A stretch of DNA of 62,373 nt, the filler included, from Rhabdomonas costata (taxonomy: Eukaryota), in the NCBI GenBank assembly GCA_019059605.1. It is 29 parts of 29 records of this genome, joined end to end, with 100 filler letters (N's around TTAATTAATTAA, not from the genome) between each part and the next. Parts side by side here need not be neighbours in the genome. Positions count along the whole stretch, not along the records: positions 10,770 to 12,832 come from JAHMHO010006039.1; positions 12,933 to 14,987 come from JAHMHO010006040.1; positions 15,088 to 17,142 come from JAHMHO010006041.1; positions 17,243 to 19,297 come from JAHMHO010006042.1; positions 19,398 to 21,452 come from JAHMHO010006043.1; positions 21,553 to 23,606 come from JAHMHO010006044.1; positions 23,707 to 25,761 come from JAHMHO010006045.1; 22 more parts are not named here. One strand, given 5' to 3'. A program made the translations under genes and the position numbers. Numbering within the stretch: the first letter of the stretch is position 1; each line of letters starts with the position of its first letter. This document shows, piece after piece, positions 11,631-24,528 of the stretch. The notes below the pieces were generated by a model, which was given only the letters and a program-made list of their open reading frames with translations, made no database searches and had not been told where the DNA came from.

Positions 11631-11825
11631 GGTCCCCGGTCATTTCCGGCGGGAAAAGCCTTGACAGATGCCTGTGAGGCGAAGGACCACGGAAAGGCTC
11701 TGGCCATTCTTAGCAGTGGCTACCCAGACGTCACGGTGAAGTCCACCAAGGAGTTTGCCACTCCTCTTGAGAGTGCTGTTTTGCATCGATGGACCGACGT
11801 CACCAAAGCCCTCCTCGAGGCTAAG
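11631..11825 (+). CDS. Ankyrin-repeat protein exon
   Basis: AG/GT-bounded 195-nt exon reading ALTDACEAKDHGKALAILSSGYPDVTVKSTKEFATPLESAVLHRWTDVTKALLEAK, with a TPLxxA ankyrin motif. Confidence 0.7.
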
Positions 11826-13176
11826 GTGCAGGCCATTGTCTATCGCTCCTCTCTCTCTCTCTCTCTCTCTCTTTCTCCCTTTTTGGCAGAGATCAGTTGG
11901 CTGTTTTTGAAGCCCTTAGGTGTGCTCCGCTTTGTGATGCGGAACGCAGTCTTCGGCTTTCTTTGACTCAAGAGGCAAAGCGCAGATGTGGCGTACAGGG
12001 ATATCTATATTTTAAAGAGAGCGGGTTGGTGAGGGTAGGGAAGCCTTTGACTAACTTCCTTCACAGAAGCATGCATTTCAGCGTGTGAGGTTTAGACCGG
12101 AGGGCTCCCTCTCAAGTAATTGCCAATAACCTATTATCGTTGTCCGAAACAAAAGTTCAAGAGGCTGAAGCTTCGGCTTGAAATTCCCAGCCGCGAAGGA
12201 AAGAGAGTGTGTACGTGAATACGGGAGGAGGGGTATTTAGGGTGAGCCAGTTTGTAACGATCGTAAACGCTATGAAAAAGCGAAAAAGAAAGGTTTCATT
12301 TAGGGGTCCCGGAAAAGGAATTGTTAAAGTTTTCGTCTTGTGGCCTCAAGTGGGGTGGCGGTAGCCATGGGGTCGAAGTGGTCAGGAAAGTTTTCTTTTC
12401 ACATTTTCCTCCCCACACTTTGGCACTCAGAAATGATATAGATGTTAGGCACGGTGCGGTGGTGAAAACTCTTTGTTCATGGCGTAGCCAGCTTCCTTGA
12501 CCGCGCAGCGAAAGTGTTGCCCAGTAACAGCAAGTGTGACCGCTGTAACGGTGAACGGACCTCCTCCTCCGCCTTATGCAGCAGCATAAAAACCAAGTGA
12601 GAAACACCGCGGGGCAATGCACCATACAACCGCACCCTACCGGATTTCTGTTTTTTTTTCTATTTTCCCCCTCGTTTTATTTTTGCAAAGGATAGAAAAT
12701 ATTATAAAGTACGTTACACCGTAAACTCAGAACTCCACCACAAGCTGCCCCCAGATTCAAACACGAACTCTATACACCCCACTCCTCAAGTATCCTTCCC
12801 CAGAGCTTCACAATTCGCTTCAAAATCCAGCANNNNNNNNNNNNNNNNNNNNNNNNNNNNNNNNNNNNNNNNNNNNTTAATTAATTAANNNNNNNNNNNN
12901 NNNNNNNNNNNNNNNNNNNNNNNNNNNNNNNNGGCCGTTTCTCGACGTTTTGAGACGTCCAAGTTGGAGTTGTCGGTCCAATTATTCCCTTTCCTGCACC
13001 TTGCAGCATGGATTGGGTGAAACAGGTCATAGGTCTTTGCTGTATTCCGCCGAATCAGTAGGCACCAGTCTGCACGTAAATGGTCATGGGAGCCCATTCT
13101 TTGGTCGCGTTCTTTTTTTTCTCCCCCGACTCTCACTCTCCCATTTCCCACTGCTTTTCGGGTTATGTTTTCCAAG

Positions 13177-14510
13177 GTCAAAGTCGGTGATACCGTGGTT
13201 CGTGGGCCTGAGTGGGACTACGGGGACCAGGATGGAGGACCTGGGCAGAGGGGCAAGGTCGTCAAGAATCACGAAGTTAAGGGCGCGTTCTATGTCAAGT
13301 GGGACGCCAGTGGCAAAACCGATGGGTACTGCTGCGGTTACAATGACCGTGTCGACATTCTGGTAGTGGATGCTGGAGAGGTGCGCATCCTTTTTCCCTT
13401 TGTTCATAAGTGTCCGTTTTCTGAGGAGTAAGCCGCTTGACCCTTTCTCCCGCGCATGATTTTTGCCCTTGTGGCGCATCCTCAACGGGGCCCGTTTTCT
13501 ATAGGATTGGTACATGACATGTTGGGTTCGATCTCATGGCTGGGTAACATTTGCCTTGCGTCCTGTTTTATTCTGTGTTCCTGAGGCTCCACTCCGGACG
13601 ATGGCCCGCCTGAAGAGCCTGCCAGTCTTGTGAACTGCACCCTGCGCATTTTTTGGTTGTCACATGTTTTGTCGTGCTTCGTTTTTGCCGCAGGACCTTG
13701 GCCGTGTGCCTTTCATTGCTGCCCTGGAGGTGGGCAACGACGGGGCCTGTGCTGTGCTGCTGGGGCCCACTCTGGCGACGGGGGTGCTACCCCACGGCGG
13801 TGGGGTGGTGGTGGAGCCCTCCACTGCCACCACGGCGGTGCACCGCGCCGTGGCCCTGGGCATGCCCCAGACCCTAACTCTGCTGCTCTCCCACGGCGCC
13901 GACCCCAACCCACAGGCACGCTCACCCACACTGCGCGCACACGGGCAGGCAGAGTACGCACACCATCACTCCTCGATTCCTCTGCATTTCTTGCCATTTG
14001 TTTTGTGCTGTAATGGATGCAGCTGTGAGAGTATGCACTGTGCACGGGCAGACGAGGTCAGAAGGCGGAAAGAACCTGCACAGGAAAGGCAGATGGATAC
14101 TCCGTGCAGTTGGCCGAACCGCCCAAAGGATAAGATCTGGCCCCAAACATGGGTAGAGGGAAATGTAACTGTGAAGACCGCACCTCCCCACCCCCTACCG
14201 GGACGGCACACCTTCACTTTAGGGAACGGTACCTTAAGTTTTTATTTTTGTGTTTTTGATTTTGAAGATGTTCGAGCGACATCCAGTTACAATGCCTCTA
14301 GGACGCTGAGTTATCAGTCAGGGTACATGCAGCACCTTACCACTGCAGCACAGTCAACGCTGCGCTCTGGGTTACGTTCGCCCATCTTCTTTCGCAACTC
14401 TGTGTTTGCTTAGAATTCCTCGGGCAAAACCCCGCTCCACCTTGCCGTGGAAAAGGGAGACGAGGCTGCCTGGAAGGCCCTTCTCCGCCAGTGCCAAGCT
14501 GGACCTCCAG
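13177..14510 (+). CDS. Mib/Herc2 domain plus ankyrin-repeat protein (Mind bomb/HECTD1-like modules), internal exons
   Basis: Exon 13177-13380 VGDTVVRGPEWDYGDQDGGPGQRGKV...VKWD is a Mib_Herc2 domain. Exons 13694-13915 and 14414-14510 join as GADPNPQ|NSSGKTPLHLAV (ankyrin). The second intron is GC-AG. Confidence 0.88.
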
Positions 14511-15119
14511 GTTCCCGTTTGCCCGCCTCTGTGTCTGCTTGTCTTTTTGTGTTTGTGTGCGATGGGTGCAATCGTGGGATGGGTTGTGAGCCTTTTCCTA
14601 AGGCATCGGAGTGGAAAGCACAGTGAAGCAATGAAGCACGCCGGCCCAAAATTGCCTTTCCACCGAAAAGTCACAAAGGGACCAGAGCAAAAGCTCGATT
14701 TGAAACGCGGAAACATAGCCCTTAGCATTCCTCTGCAAAGGCCTTTGCGAGAACCCGCCCTCAACTCGGAAATTTTGTGTATTGTGTGTGTGGCGTGGTA
14801 GTTACTTTGCCGGGGACCGCTCTCTTTAAGAGAGGGCTTCTGCGCTGCAAAAAGTGCTTACAGAAGGTGGGTGCGTTCATAGGACTACAGATATTCAATC
14901 AATGGAAGTACGACATACCTGTAGGGCAACCCAGCGAAGAACGCCAATCGGCCGTGAAGGCGCCTTTTCTCAGAAAGCCAACAACTANNNNNNNNNNNNN
15001 NNNNNNNNNNNNNNNNNNNNNNNNNNNNNNNTTAATTAATTAANNNNNNNNNNNNNNNNNNNNNNNNNNNNNNNNNNNNNNNNNNNNTTTTGGGGGGGAT
15101 GCAGAAAGTGAAACAAAAC

Positions 15120-16516
15120 CGGCAGCCTGCAGTTTGGGGATGATCTCCGAATCCGGAATAAAGGTATTCTTCTTCGCATCCCAGAAGCTGTCTGTCGAAC
15201 CATTGAAGCCACTGCTCTTGAACTTCCCAATGTATTCTCGGAAAATGTTTCTGCGACAAGAGAATTGTACTTTTGATCTTTTGGCGTTGTGCTGGTGAAC
15301 GACTAAATTAAGAGAAAAAGACCTAGTCCACTGCAACACTCAGCTCCTTCCATAGGGGGGGGGAGGGTATATGCAACCAGTCGACCCCTTAAATGCGAAG
15401 CAAAAAATGAATAATAAAGCGTTTCCAGCCGAAAATCGGGCTCATAATGCTAACACAAATGCTATTCTGAAAATTGCACTTTTCGCCCCCCCCCTCCAGG
15501 TGTAAACTCCCGCGAAGAGAAAACTCCTTACCAAACCAAGTGACCGAAGGACCATTCAACTTCTCAACGGGTCCCACACACTAGTCAACATTTTTGAAGG
15601 ACGCAAGAGGGAGAGGGAAAAGCATTCAGAAAACGAGAAAAACTATTCAGACGCAGAAAAGATACCCCGTAGACAGCTGCGGCAGATTGAACTTTTTCAG
15701 CAAAACGTCGATTCGGGGCTGTTTTCCAGCACCACTTTTCCCTATAAAAACAAGAAAACAGCAACAAGGAACCAATTTTCCACACGGAATTGACCGTTTT
15801 GATGCGAACAACTCATCGATCAGTAGTATTCTCTTTTTCACAAGGTTGAGCAACCAGAGATTTGTATCCATTCATTACATGAATACATTTAAAACGGCGA
15901 TTTGTAAAAGCAAGGAAGTGTGAACTGCTGGGTTTTAACCGACACGTAGGACGGTTTTATTGACAGCACAAGTGCAAGTCGTTTAGGCGACGCCGGGGTG
16001 GGCGGAAGTGGACGCATGTAAAGGTATTATTGTTAACGGAAATGAAATCTTTCGTGACCAATTTTTTGTGCTCCTTGATTGCTCCATTAATTATCAATGA
16101 TTTTCTTCTTTGACTTAGAGAAAGTTGTGTGTTTGCTGCATTTTTTGTTTGTTTTGTGTGCGGGTGTGCGAAGAAAAGACGGAAAAGAAACACACACACA
16201 AACATACCCTGCGCGGATCAGAGTCGAATTTGAAACACCCGTGAAGGAGAGAAACAAAAAGAAAAAAGAAAAAAGATCCAACATGTGCATCTTTGTAGAA
16301 TGACAACCAGAACTCCACGGTTCCGTCAGCCAGCAAATCTTCGTGTTTGCTACCATCTTTCAACGATTATGGTCACGAAATACCAATGGCAACGGCACAC
16401 TCTCAGTCGCTCGTAACTTTCATGCACACAAGACAAGTAACCGTACCAGTGACAATAATGTTCTTCACACTGGTGTTCAGAGTTGCAAAAAATCGACGGC
16501 TGACCCCGAAGTTCAT
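15120..16516 (-). CDS. Adenylate kinase family protein (divergent P-loop) with N-terminal mitochondrial-type presequence, 5' exons
   Basis: Exons 16516-16447, 15741-15666 and 15250-15120 join via two GT-AG introns in frame: MNFGVSRRFFATLNTSVKNIIVTGKSGAGKQPRIDVLLKKFNLPQLSTGNIFREYIGKFK... This gives a P-loop GxxGxGK and the NMP-kinase motif [L/I]STGxxxR. The ORF track misses it. Confidence 0.85.
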
Positions 16517-17648
16517 TGTGCAGAAATGCCCGGAATCCCCAAAAGAAGAAACCGACCCAGCTGAACGTCAAAAACACGGGAGCATCTTCAATTCAGAATG
16601 GTACCATATTTCGCCGCTTCATTGCACTTTTCCGCATTTAAGGGCGGATTTTTTGGCACCTAATTCGCTTGTGGTTCGAACCCAGCCTTGCAAAAGAAGT
16701 AGCCAACCAAAAATAATCAAAGTAATCCGTAATGGACACCCCGAGGTGACGGTAACGGAGGTGACGGTTGGGTTACAGACGGGTTGCAGACCGTGATAAT
16801 CGAAGCGCGTGAATCAGCTGAGCGAATGTGGGTATGTGAAAAAGGAAGGTGGCACCTTCCAGCCAAAATGCCAACGAAATGGACGCAAGACTGACAGAGA
16901 TTCACTGTGTGTAGACGTATACAAACAGCCCGGTGATCTTACACACATGCAGCCTCCTTCACGCATTGTTCCAGAGAGCACTCACTTGGCCTTTGGGCAC
17001 TTTGGCACTCAGGTACTTGAGCGGTCCAGCTTGGAAAAGACCCTATACCCGCTCGGGCGGTACAGAAAAGGCAGGGGGATTCATACAGGCTAAACATGCA
17101 AAGGAAAGACGACCTTGGGGCATTGCCAGACTCAACAAACAANNNNNNNNNNNNNNNNNNNNNNNNNNNNNNNNNNNNNNNNNNNNTTAATTAATTAANN
17201 NNNNNNNNNNNNNNNNNNNNNNNNNNNNNNNNNNNNNNNNNNTTCCTTCCACTCCGGGGAACGCAGGCAAGTGTGCGGTCAGGTGCGATTGTACGTGCCC
17301 GTGTTCTGAGCGTTTTTCTGATTTGCTCTGAGATTTTTTTGAACCGAAACCTGCAACGAATCATTGGCCTTGGTTTGAGTTGGGCCACAGTTCTCACCCA
17401 ACTGTGTGAGTTGTAGTGGTGTTGTATTTTGGTTATTGTTCTCTATGATATTGTTCTCTGACTGGCAGAAGCCACTTTTTAGCCCTCAAGAAGCGCAGAT
17501 GAGGCACCTTTTCCTGTTTGGTGGATCCACTACTTCCACTGTTTGATAAGAGACCAGTTCCGCTTGTTCTCAGCGTGTTCTCAGCGTTTCTTGGTTGGCA
17601 AGGCGGGGTGAATCATTCCCGAGGTCTCTTTGGTCGCTTCGCTAAAAG

Positions 17649-18277
17649 ATTTTGTCACGAGCAGGACGCTTCGCGGAACAGTTTCAGCACCAGTGCTGGG
17701 AGGGGCTCTCCCTCCACAAGGTAGCGTTGGAGAGAAAGATATTTGTGGTTCTTTTCGGCTCCTGCCTCGGTGAGCTGCCCACCAGCCAGAGAGAGTGCCA
17801 AAGGATAGCGAACAAAGTTGCTCAACGTTTCGTCGGAATTCCGCCATGATTTTCACCTGAAATGGTTCATCAGTACATAGACTTTACAACCAGTGAAGGA
17901 AACAGCCACAGACGCTCCCTATACACTGCCTTTCAGGTGTGCCCCTTCACAGGGAGCTGCTTGCCGCCGCGGCGACCTTCACTGTCTCTGGACTCATGCA
18001 CGAGTTTCTGTGGCTGGGAATGCTGGCGCAGGGTGCCAATCTGGGCCCAACGATGGCGTTTTTCTGGGCACAGGGCGCGCTGTGCACTGCGCAGGCAGTG
18101 CTGGAGCAGTACCCCCGTGTGGTGCAGTGGGGGCAAAGGGTGCCCCGAGCGCTGCGGTTGGGGCTGACGTATCTGTTGCTGCTTCCCTCAGCACACTGGT
18201 TTCTGGGAAACGGAGTCTATGGGGGACTCTTTACGGATCTTCAGCTTTCCGTGCCCCACTTTGAGTGGCGGCCGTAG
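17649..18277 (+). CDS. MBOAT-family wax synthase / long-chain-alcohol O-acyltransferase, last two exons
   Basis: Exons 17649-17720 ((N)FVTSRTLRGTVSAP...) and 17937-18277 (TFTVSGLMHE...FFWAQG...EWRP*) joined by a GT-AG intron. TFxVSGLMHE is the catalytic-His motif of jojoba-type wax synthases. Confidence 0.85.
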
Positions 18278-21200
18278 TGTGGTTGAACGCGCTGTGAAGC
18301 CGAGGGTTCGTCCCATCGCTCGCTCTGGTTTTTTTTCCGAATGGTCGTTTATTTTACAGCATGGAGTGGTGGCGTATGGTCTTGGAGCAGAGCAAGTCTG
18401 ACTGGCCTCGCGTAGTGGCGTATGAGACTATGAGACGTTGTGAATCAGAAATACCACCTTTTTGGAAGCACGGAGGATGGTTCTTTTTCATCCCAGTTCG
18501 ATATATCTCAAGCTTGGGTGGGTACCTTTGGGTTACACGCCAGCCTTCTTTGGTTTGACTTGCTCCTTATCGGACAGCTTATTATGTTGTCAACTTTCGG
18601 TGTGTTTTCTTTGTTTTCCGTGCATACGATGAACCCGTAAACTGTCCCTCTTCAAACGGTATGGAGGAGGCCGAGGAGCGGAAGCTTTCGGTGGAGGAGT
18701 CTGAGGAGTCTCCGCTGGTGTGGCTCCTTCTTGTTTCCCGCTATTGTGAGCCTTTGCGCCCAACCTGAGCGAAGGTTGGCTTGCACAACCCCCTCATTGA
18801 CACTTTCCATGATGATCATGGCAATGCCCATGGGGTTTTTAAGGTCGAATCTGGGATGGCCACGGATTCGGAGGAGCGAAAGCCTGGCGCCGAGGAGGCA
18901 CCAGTGGCTGCAGTGCAGGTATTGCCCCTCTCCCCCTCCCCCTGTTCCAAGCTCAGCGAGCAAGCTCACGGAGCCTTCTTTTTAAGCGGCGAGGAAGTTT
19001 TTGCCGCGATTGAACGGGGGCGAAGCATCGTTCAGCATCAGTGTTGTAACCACTGCAACCACCGCAATTCAATGTATGCCACTGAAACGGAATCATCAGG
19101 CTTCAGCTTTTGAAAAGGTCTGAAATGGGTGAGCGTTCCTGAATGCCTCCCCGACCCCGGAACCGTTTCCGAAACCACAACCTCTCACTACGTGTCCGCA
19201 TCCACACACAAAGCTTCCTGCGCAACCTCCACAACAACTTCCAGTCTTCCGCGAAACACAGCCTCAAATACACCTTTCACCTCTCTCAAAACAAAAANNN
19301 NNNNNNNNNNNNNNNNNNNNNNNNNNNNNNNNNNNNNNNNNTTAATTAATTAANNNNNNNNNNNNNNNNNNNNNNNNNNNNNNNNNNNNNNNNNNNNGTT
19401 GGGTTGTCTTGCCTTCCGAGATATCGCCTATCGCTATCATGAAGGCAAGACGACGCCAAGTTTCCAAGCTCTGCCCTGGACGAGAAGAACTGGTGATACC
19501 CACGATCTAAAGAAGCCCCCCCAAAAAACAACCACGTACCGGTGCCTCGGCCTTGGGCTTGTCATCGCGGCGGTGGGAGTGAAGGGGCTGGGACTGAACA
19601 GATGACTGCGAAAAAGCGGTACCAAGCCGTACCATTTCAGCCCCGCAAAGCGATAGGATACTGATGTCAACGATGCCCGGGGCCTTGGTAGGTCTAATAA
19701 CTTCCATATAGCGCAGCGTAGGGGAACAACGCAGTTGAGGTCACAACTACTGCATAAATGTTGTGCAATACCCATGCTTAGGGCGCCTTTTCAATTGCCC
19801 ATGGACCAAAATCAACTCCCATGCGAGCGCCGTCAGTGAGTTTAGCCAAAAAGCGCTGGCTCACGGCCCACCTCAGTGTCCCGCCTCGCCGATTTCTGAG
19901 GAGTCAGCGGGTCGTGGCCACGAGATGATTTTCGGGAGCTCTGCACAGGCGCAAAAGGACATAAGAACTGAAATTAAGAGTTTCACAGGGCTCAAGCTCA
20001 AGTTCGGCCCCAACCTCTGCCGCCAGAAGATGGTTTCATGATGTTGTCGTAAAACTGCTGATTTAGTTATTGTAACACATTTTTCCCTATATGGCAGTCG
20101 AATATGATGATTCACCTCGCCACCGAGCGGTATTCAAAGCGTGGTCTGGTCTGAGAAAATGGTAGTTCGCTGCAAAAAGGATTCTTATGAAAGAGATTAT
20201 TCCTATCCTCGTAACCAATGGAACTTTCTAGTCCTGCCACTCCAAAGATAATAATTTATCAATGAAGCGATAAAATAACATTCGTTCATAAGTTGAAGGA
20301 AGCAAGAAAAGCTTGTTCATAATTTCAGTACTGTGCAATTCAACGCGATAATGCCACGCCACAGAGAAACAGGAATGCGGGGGGGGGGCTCGCACCGGGG
20401 TAGCAGGCCTGGTCTTGCCTTCGTCATTTTTGGGCAGGGACGGGGTTTGCGGCAGAACCTCAGGCTGCGAATCAAACGTGCTTGCGTACGTGTCAGCTCG
20501 CAGGCGGCAAGCTGCAAGGACATCCTTTCCGTCTTTCGGGTACGTCTCCACTTTCCGAGTTTCTACTTTCACTCTTTTTTCTGTGGTGGGTGCTCTTCTG
20601 TCCCACTCAAGCGAGCACGCGAATCGGGAACAAAAGAGCAAAAAGGAAAGTCCGATTCTACTTTCACTGCCTCCCTCTGTTTCACAAATCGATAACGAGG
20701 CACGGACAGCCATGAACATGCACAAGACCCCAATGCACGATTGCACCTGCAGGCACGCCCGCAGCACCCTAATCGTGCGATGTCACCTAAACGGTTTCTT
20801 TGTCCTGACTGCTATGTCATAAGAATCGATGCCTCCGCAACCTCAGCGATGCCTCCTTTGGGGTCCTATTTTTTGCCGCACAGTCTCAGCACCCCCAAAC
20901 AGGGGGGTTGACGAGTCTTCCGCCTCCCCCCCCCCACTTTATCACGGACCGTCATTCTTCTGCTCGACTGCACATCTCTGCTCGGGGAGTCAGCGTCGCG
21001 GTCATGAGAGGCCATCAGTGCCTTCTCCCAGTTTTGAGTGAGGCTCAGGAAGCGTCCGGGCGGCGTCTGAGCTGAAGGAGGAGTCGAGGGAGGAGACAAG
21101 GGAGGAGGCGGGGGAGTGAGCGGAAGGGCCAGGCCGGCTCCAGGCAAGCCATCCGCAAAATCCCGTGGGGTCTCCCGGAACGATCTGAGCGCAAGGGGAA

Positions 21201-24200
21201 ACAGCTAAGAGAAAATAATACTTGGAAGCACATCTTCGATGAAGGAATCAGCTGAACTGCACTGCTGGACTTCCGAGCGCAATGCTGTTCTCAACGGCGG
21301 ACAGTTGTGCATACAGCACCGCTTCCTTATACCCCTTTCTACGGGATCGGGAAAGGATCAGGCCCACCTGAATGTTCCTTGACCACGAACCGCCCGACAT
21401 CTCTCTCTATCTCTCGACATCGTGATGCCGGATGCTCGCCATGAACCACACANNNNNNNNNNNNNNNNNNNNNNNNNNNNNNNNNNNNNNNNNNNNTTAA
21501 TTAATTAANNNNNNNNNNNNNNNNNNNNNNNNNNNNNNNNNNNNNNNNNNNNTTGTTGGTGGAAGCCGCATCACGGCGTCCCCGGCAAACGGCAGCGAGA
21601 AGTACGGCCCCTCCGGGGAGTCATCGCGGATGTCAAACAGGGAGCTCACAGGGATATGACCGGGACGGGTGGTGGAGTCCTTCCGCCGCAGCATTGTCGT
21701 CCCTCGCCCACCCCCTCAAAAGAAACCTTTCCGAAAGAGTCACTCTCCCTAACTCCAAATTCCGGACCGGAAAACGCTCCGGCTTTCTTGCAAAATGACA
21801 GACGGAATGCCTGCAGAGTAAATCACTCTCAGATCCGAAGCTTCCAATCAGTGGTTAGCTGGAGTGAACAGCGGGCACATACTGCTCAAATCGCTTTCCA
21901 AGTTCCTTGAAAGCAGAGTAACGCCGGCAACTTCCTTTTTTTCACTATTTTTTCACTATTAACGATGCAACAACTCAGTCGCAAAGAGGGACATGACGGC
22001 GTTTATTTCAGTGATCAGGTATGGCCAATGGGAAAACCTATTGCTGCCAGCACAGAAGGAGTGCTGGATATCAGTATCTCACAGTTCCTACATCAGAGCA
22101 CACACACACGTCTTGACCTGCTTTCCTACGGAGTACTGGGGCATGCGATCAGTGGTGGTCAGATCTGTATTGGAAGATCAGATCAGTATTGGGGAGTCTT
22201 GGAGAAGGCCGGAAGCGGGGTGCTCATTACCTCAATCATAGCAGGTTACGGGACACTTTCGTCTGAGGTGCTTTTTCTCTGAGTAAGAGCGCTTGCTGAT
22301 TCACTTGAAGCGTTGACATTAGAGCTGGGTGTAGATTGGCCGACAATTCTGGACTACGCAAAACAGTAATATTGCCTCCAGTGCACTGGGTTCTGAGTGC
22401 CAGAGCGGGAAATAGCGAAAGCGGAAGATGCCACAAGGAAGGTTTCCTGGTTTCTGCGTTCATGCACTGGCTCCGGAAAAGCCGAAACTTTACAGCACGC
22501 GGCCAGAAAAATTCGTAACGGTGCGCGGTGCGCAAAAAGAAAAAGGCAAAAACTCCAACATCGTTGCACTGGTCCCACGTGGCTTAATACGCCAGGCATC
22601 GTGTTGAACGTGAAACGCATCGGTCAGATCAGTGTATTGTCGAAAATGAGGTTGGCAGTAGTACACATTCCGCTTCGAAAAGTTCTACAAGTGCGCTGCA
22701 GCATCAAACGCTACAATACAGAATGTCCACTGACTTGAACACAAATATCCCTTTGAGGTAGCATTGATACCCGCCACAGTTCAGCGGGCGGTACACGTTC
22801 GTCCAGGAGCCGGGAACGACATTGAGATGAACAAAGTCGTTGCCGATGATAAACATGGTGGAAATGTCACTGTTGGGTTGCTTCTCCCAAAAGTCGGAGG
22901 GCGCCCCTGCGGCCACTCCAGCCGGAGTTGGAATGAGACGGAGCCAGCCCTTGGTAAAAAAGACGTTACGAAAGCCATACGCTCGCGCTGAGGGCTGCTG
23001 ACGTGCACTGGCCGTAAACCAGGGAAGTCTGAATGACAGTGGGGATGCCTGGCGTGTGACTTGTGTCTGGGCCTGACTGGAAAAGCTGATGGCGAGGAAC
23101 CAGCATACATCAAAAGGTAGAAGCCTGCTGTCGATTCCAGCCCCGCCAGCCCCCAGCGCTTGGGAATAGGGAAGGCTCTTGGCTCTTGCGCAGAACCGCA
23201 CGGAAGTGATGTTTTGCAAATATCAGTTCAGAACGCCAGTCAGGCGCAGGCATGGAGACTTCACCTTTTGAGATTAGCAAGCAAATTAGCAAGTCGCTGG
23301 GTGTAACTAGCTAACTGCCCCCTGCCTGCAAAACAATAAAGCCATCCTCCCTCCAAAAGGGGAATCGTCCACCAGGATGTTATCATTGTCCAGCGTCCAA
23401 TATCAGCAACAACTGCAGAGGAAGAAGGGGGTGAGGAGGTCAGAGCGAGCGAGCGAGCAATACAGCAATACAGAAAGCAATGCAACGGGAGAAGAGAAAG
23501 CGTGGAGATTATAAAACCTCTCTAACGGTCAAATCCTTTTAAACGTAAAAGTCTGAACAAGACACATCGGCGCGCACCATCCTCTGCTCTTCAATGACAA
23601 AAAAACNNNNNNNNNNNNNNNNNNNNNNNNNNNNNNNNNNNNNNNNNNNNTTAATTAATTAANNNNNNNNNNNNNNNNNNNNNNNNNNNNNNNNNNNNNN
23701 NNNNNNGGGTGGGGGGGCACTGGGTTATTGTTTTGGTTTTCCCGTTTCATCTCAATGATATGGACCGTCCTGTGTGGTGTATTTCCGTCACTTATTGCTG
23801 GTCCTGTTGGTACGGTACAAAATCAGGGCAGTCGCCTCATGTTTGGGGTCGAAGGTACACGGCGTGCACCTGAAAAACACCCCTATCATCCTCAAAAAGA
23901 CCGCCCTTTTCGCCAAAACGTCGTCCTTGCACTGTGTACCTAAAAGTCTGAAAGGGCCGGAGATTTTCTTCAAAAGTATCGCCGCGTCTTCGGCTCACTT
24001 TACGGTATTTTGTCTCCAGGCCGAACCTTCAACTATGGGCTTCGCTCATCTCCTCGTACACTACAATTTGTGGGCAGCGGCATTCCGAATCAATTTTTTT
24101 CATTGGTGTGACAGTGTGGCAATGACCCACCCCATCGGGATTCAAGCTCTGATTTTTGGTGTGGGAGCAGGTGGCAATGCCCAGGGATGCAGCAAACAGA

Positions 24201-24528
24201 AGGATCGATGTGATCCGCGAAGTACACGGTCCTGCGTCATACACTTTTTACTCTTAACAGTTGTGGAACCGCATTGATTATCCAGCCAATCTGTGCGTTA
24301 TAGGGTGATGAAAGGTCCTAGTAGTTCGGGTTTTGGCTCTGTCCGTCTTGAAACTCTCCCTGGATGCAGGCGTGACGCAGGGCGAACCAAGGTTAGCTCG
24401 ACTGTAATAATTCTAGAGTTACTTACAAACGCCGTTCTCTAGCTGTGTTTCGGTGTGGTAATATTCAAAATGGAGTCCTTCCTCCCCTCTTTTCGTCCTG
24501 ATTCGATGCAAAGCTGGGGGGATGGTAG

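Noticed and set aside
19398-23606. Probable minus-strand exons in two contigs, and a CxxC-containing plus exon at ~27277-27357
   Set aside because: I could not build consistent spliced frames or assign families.
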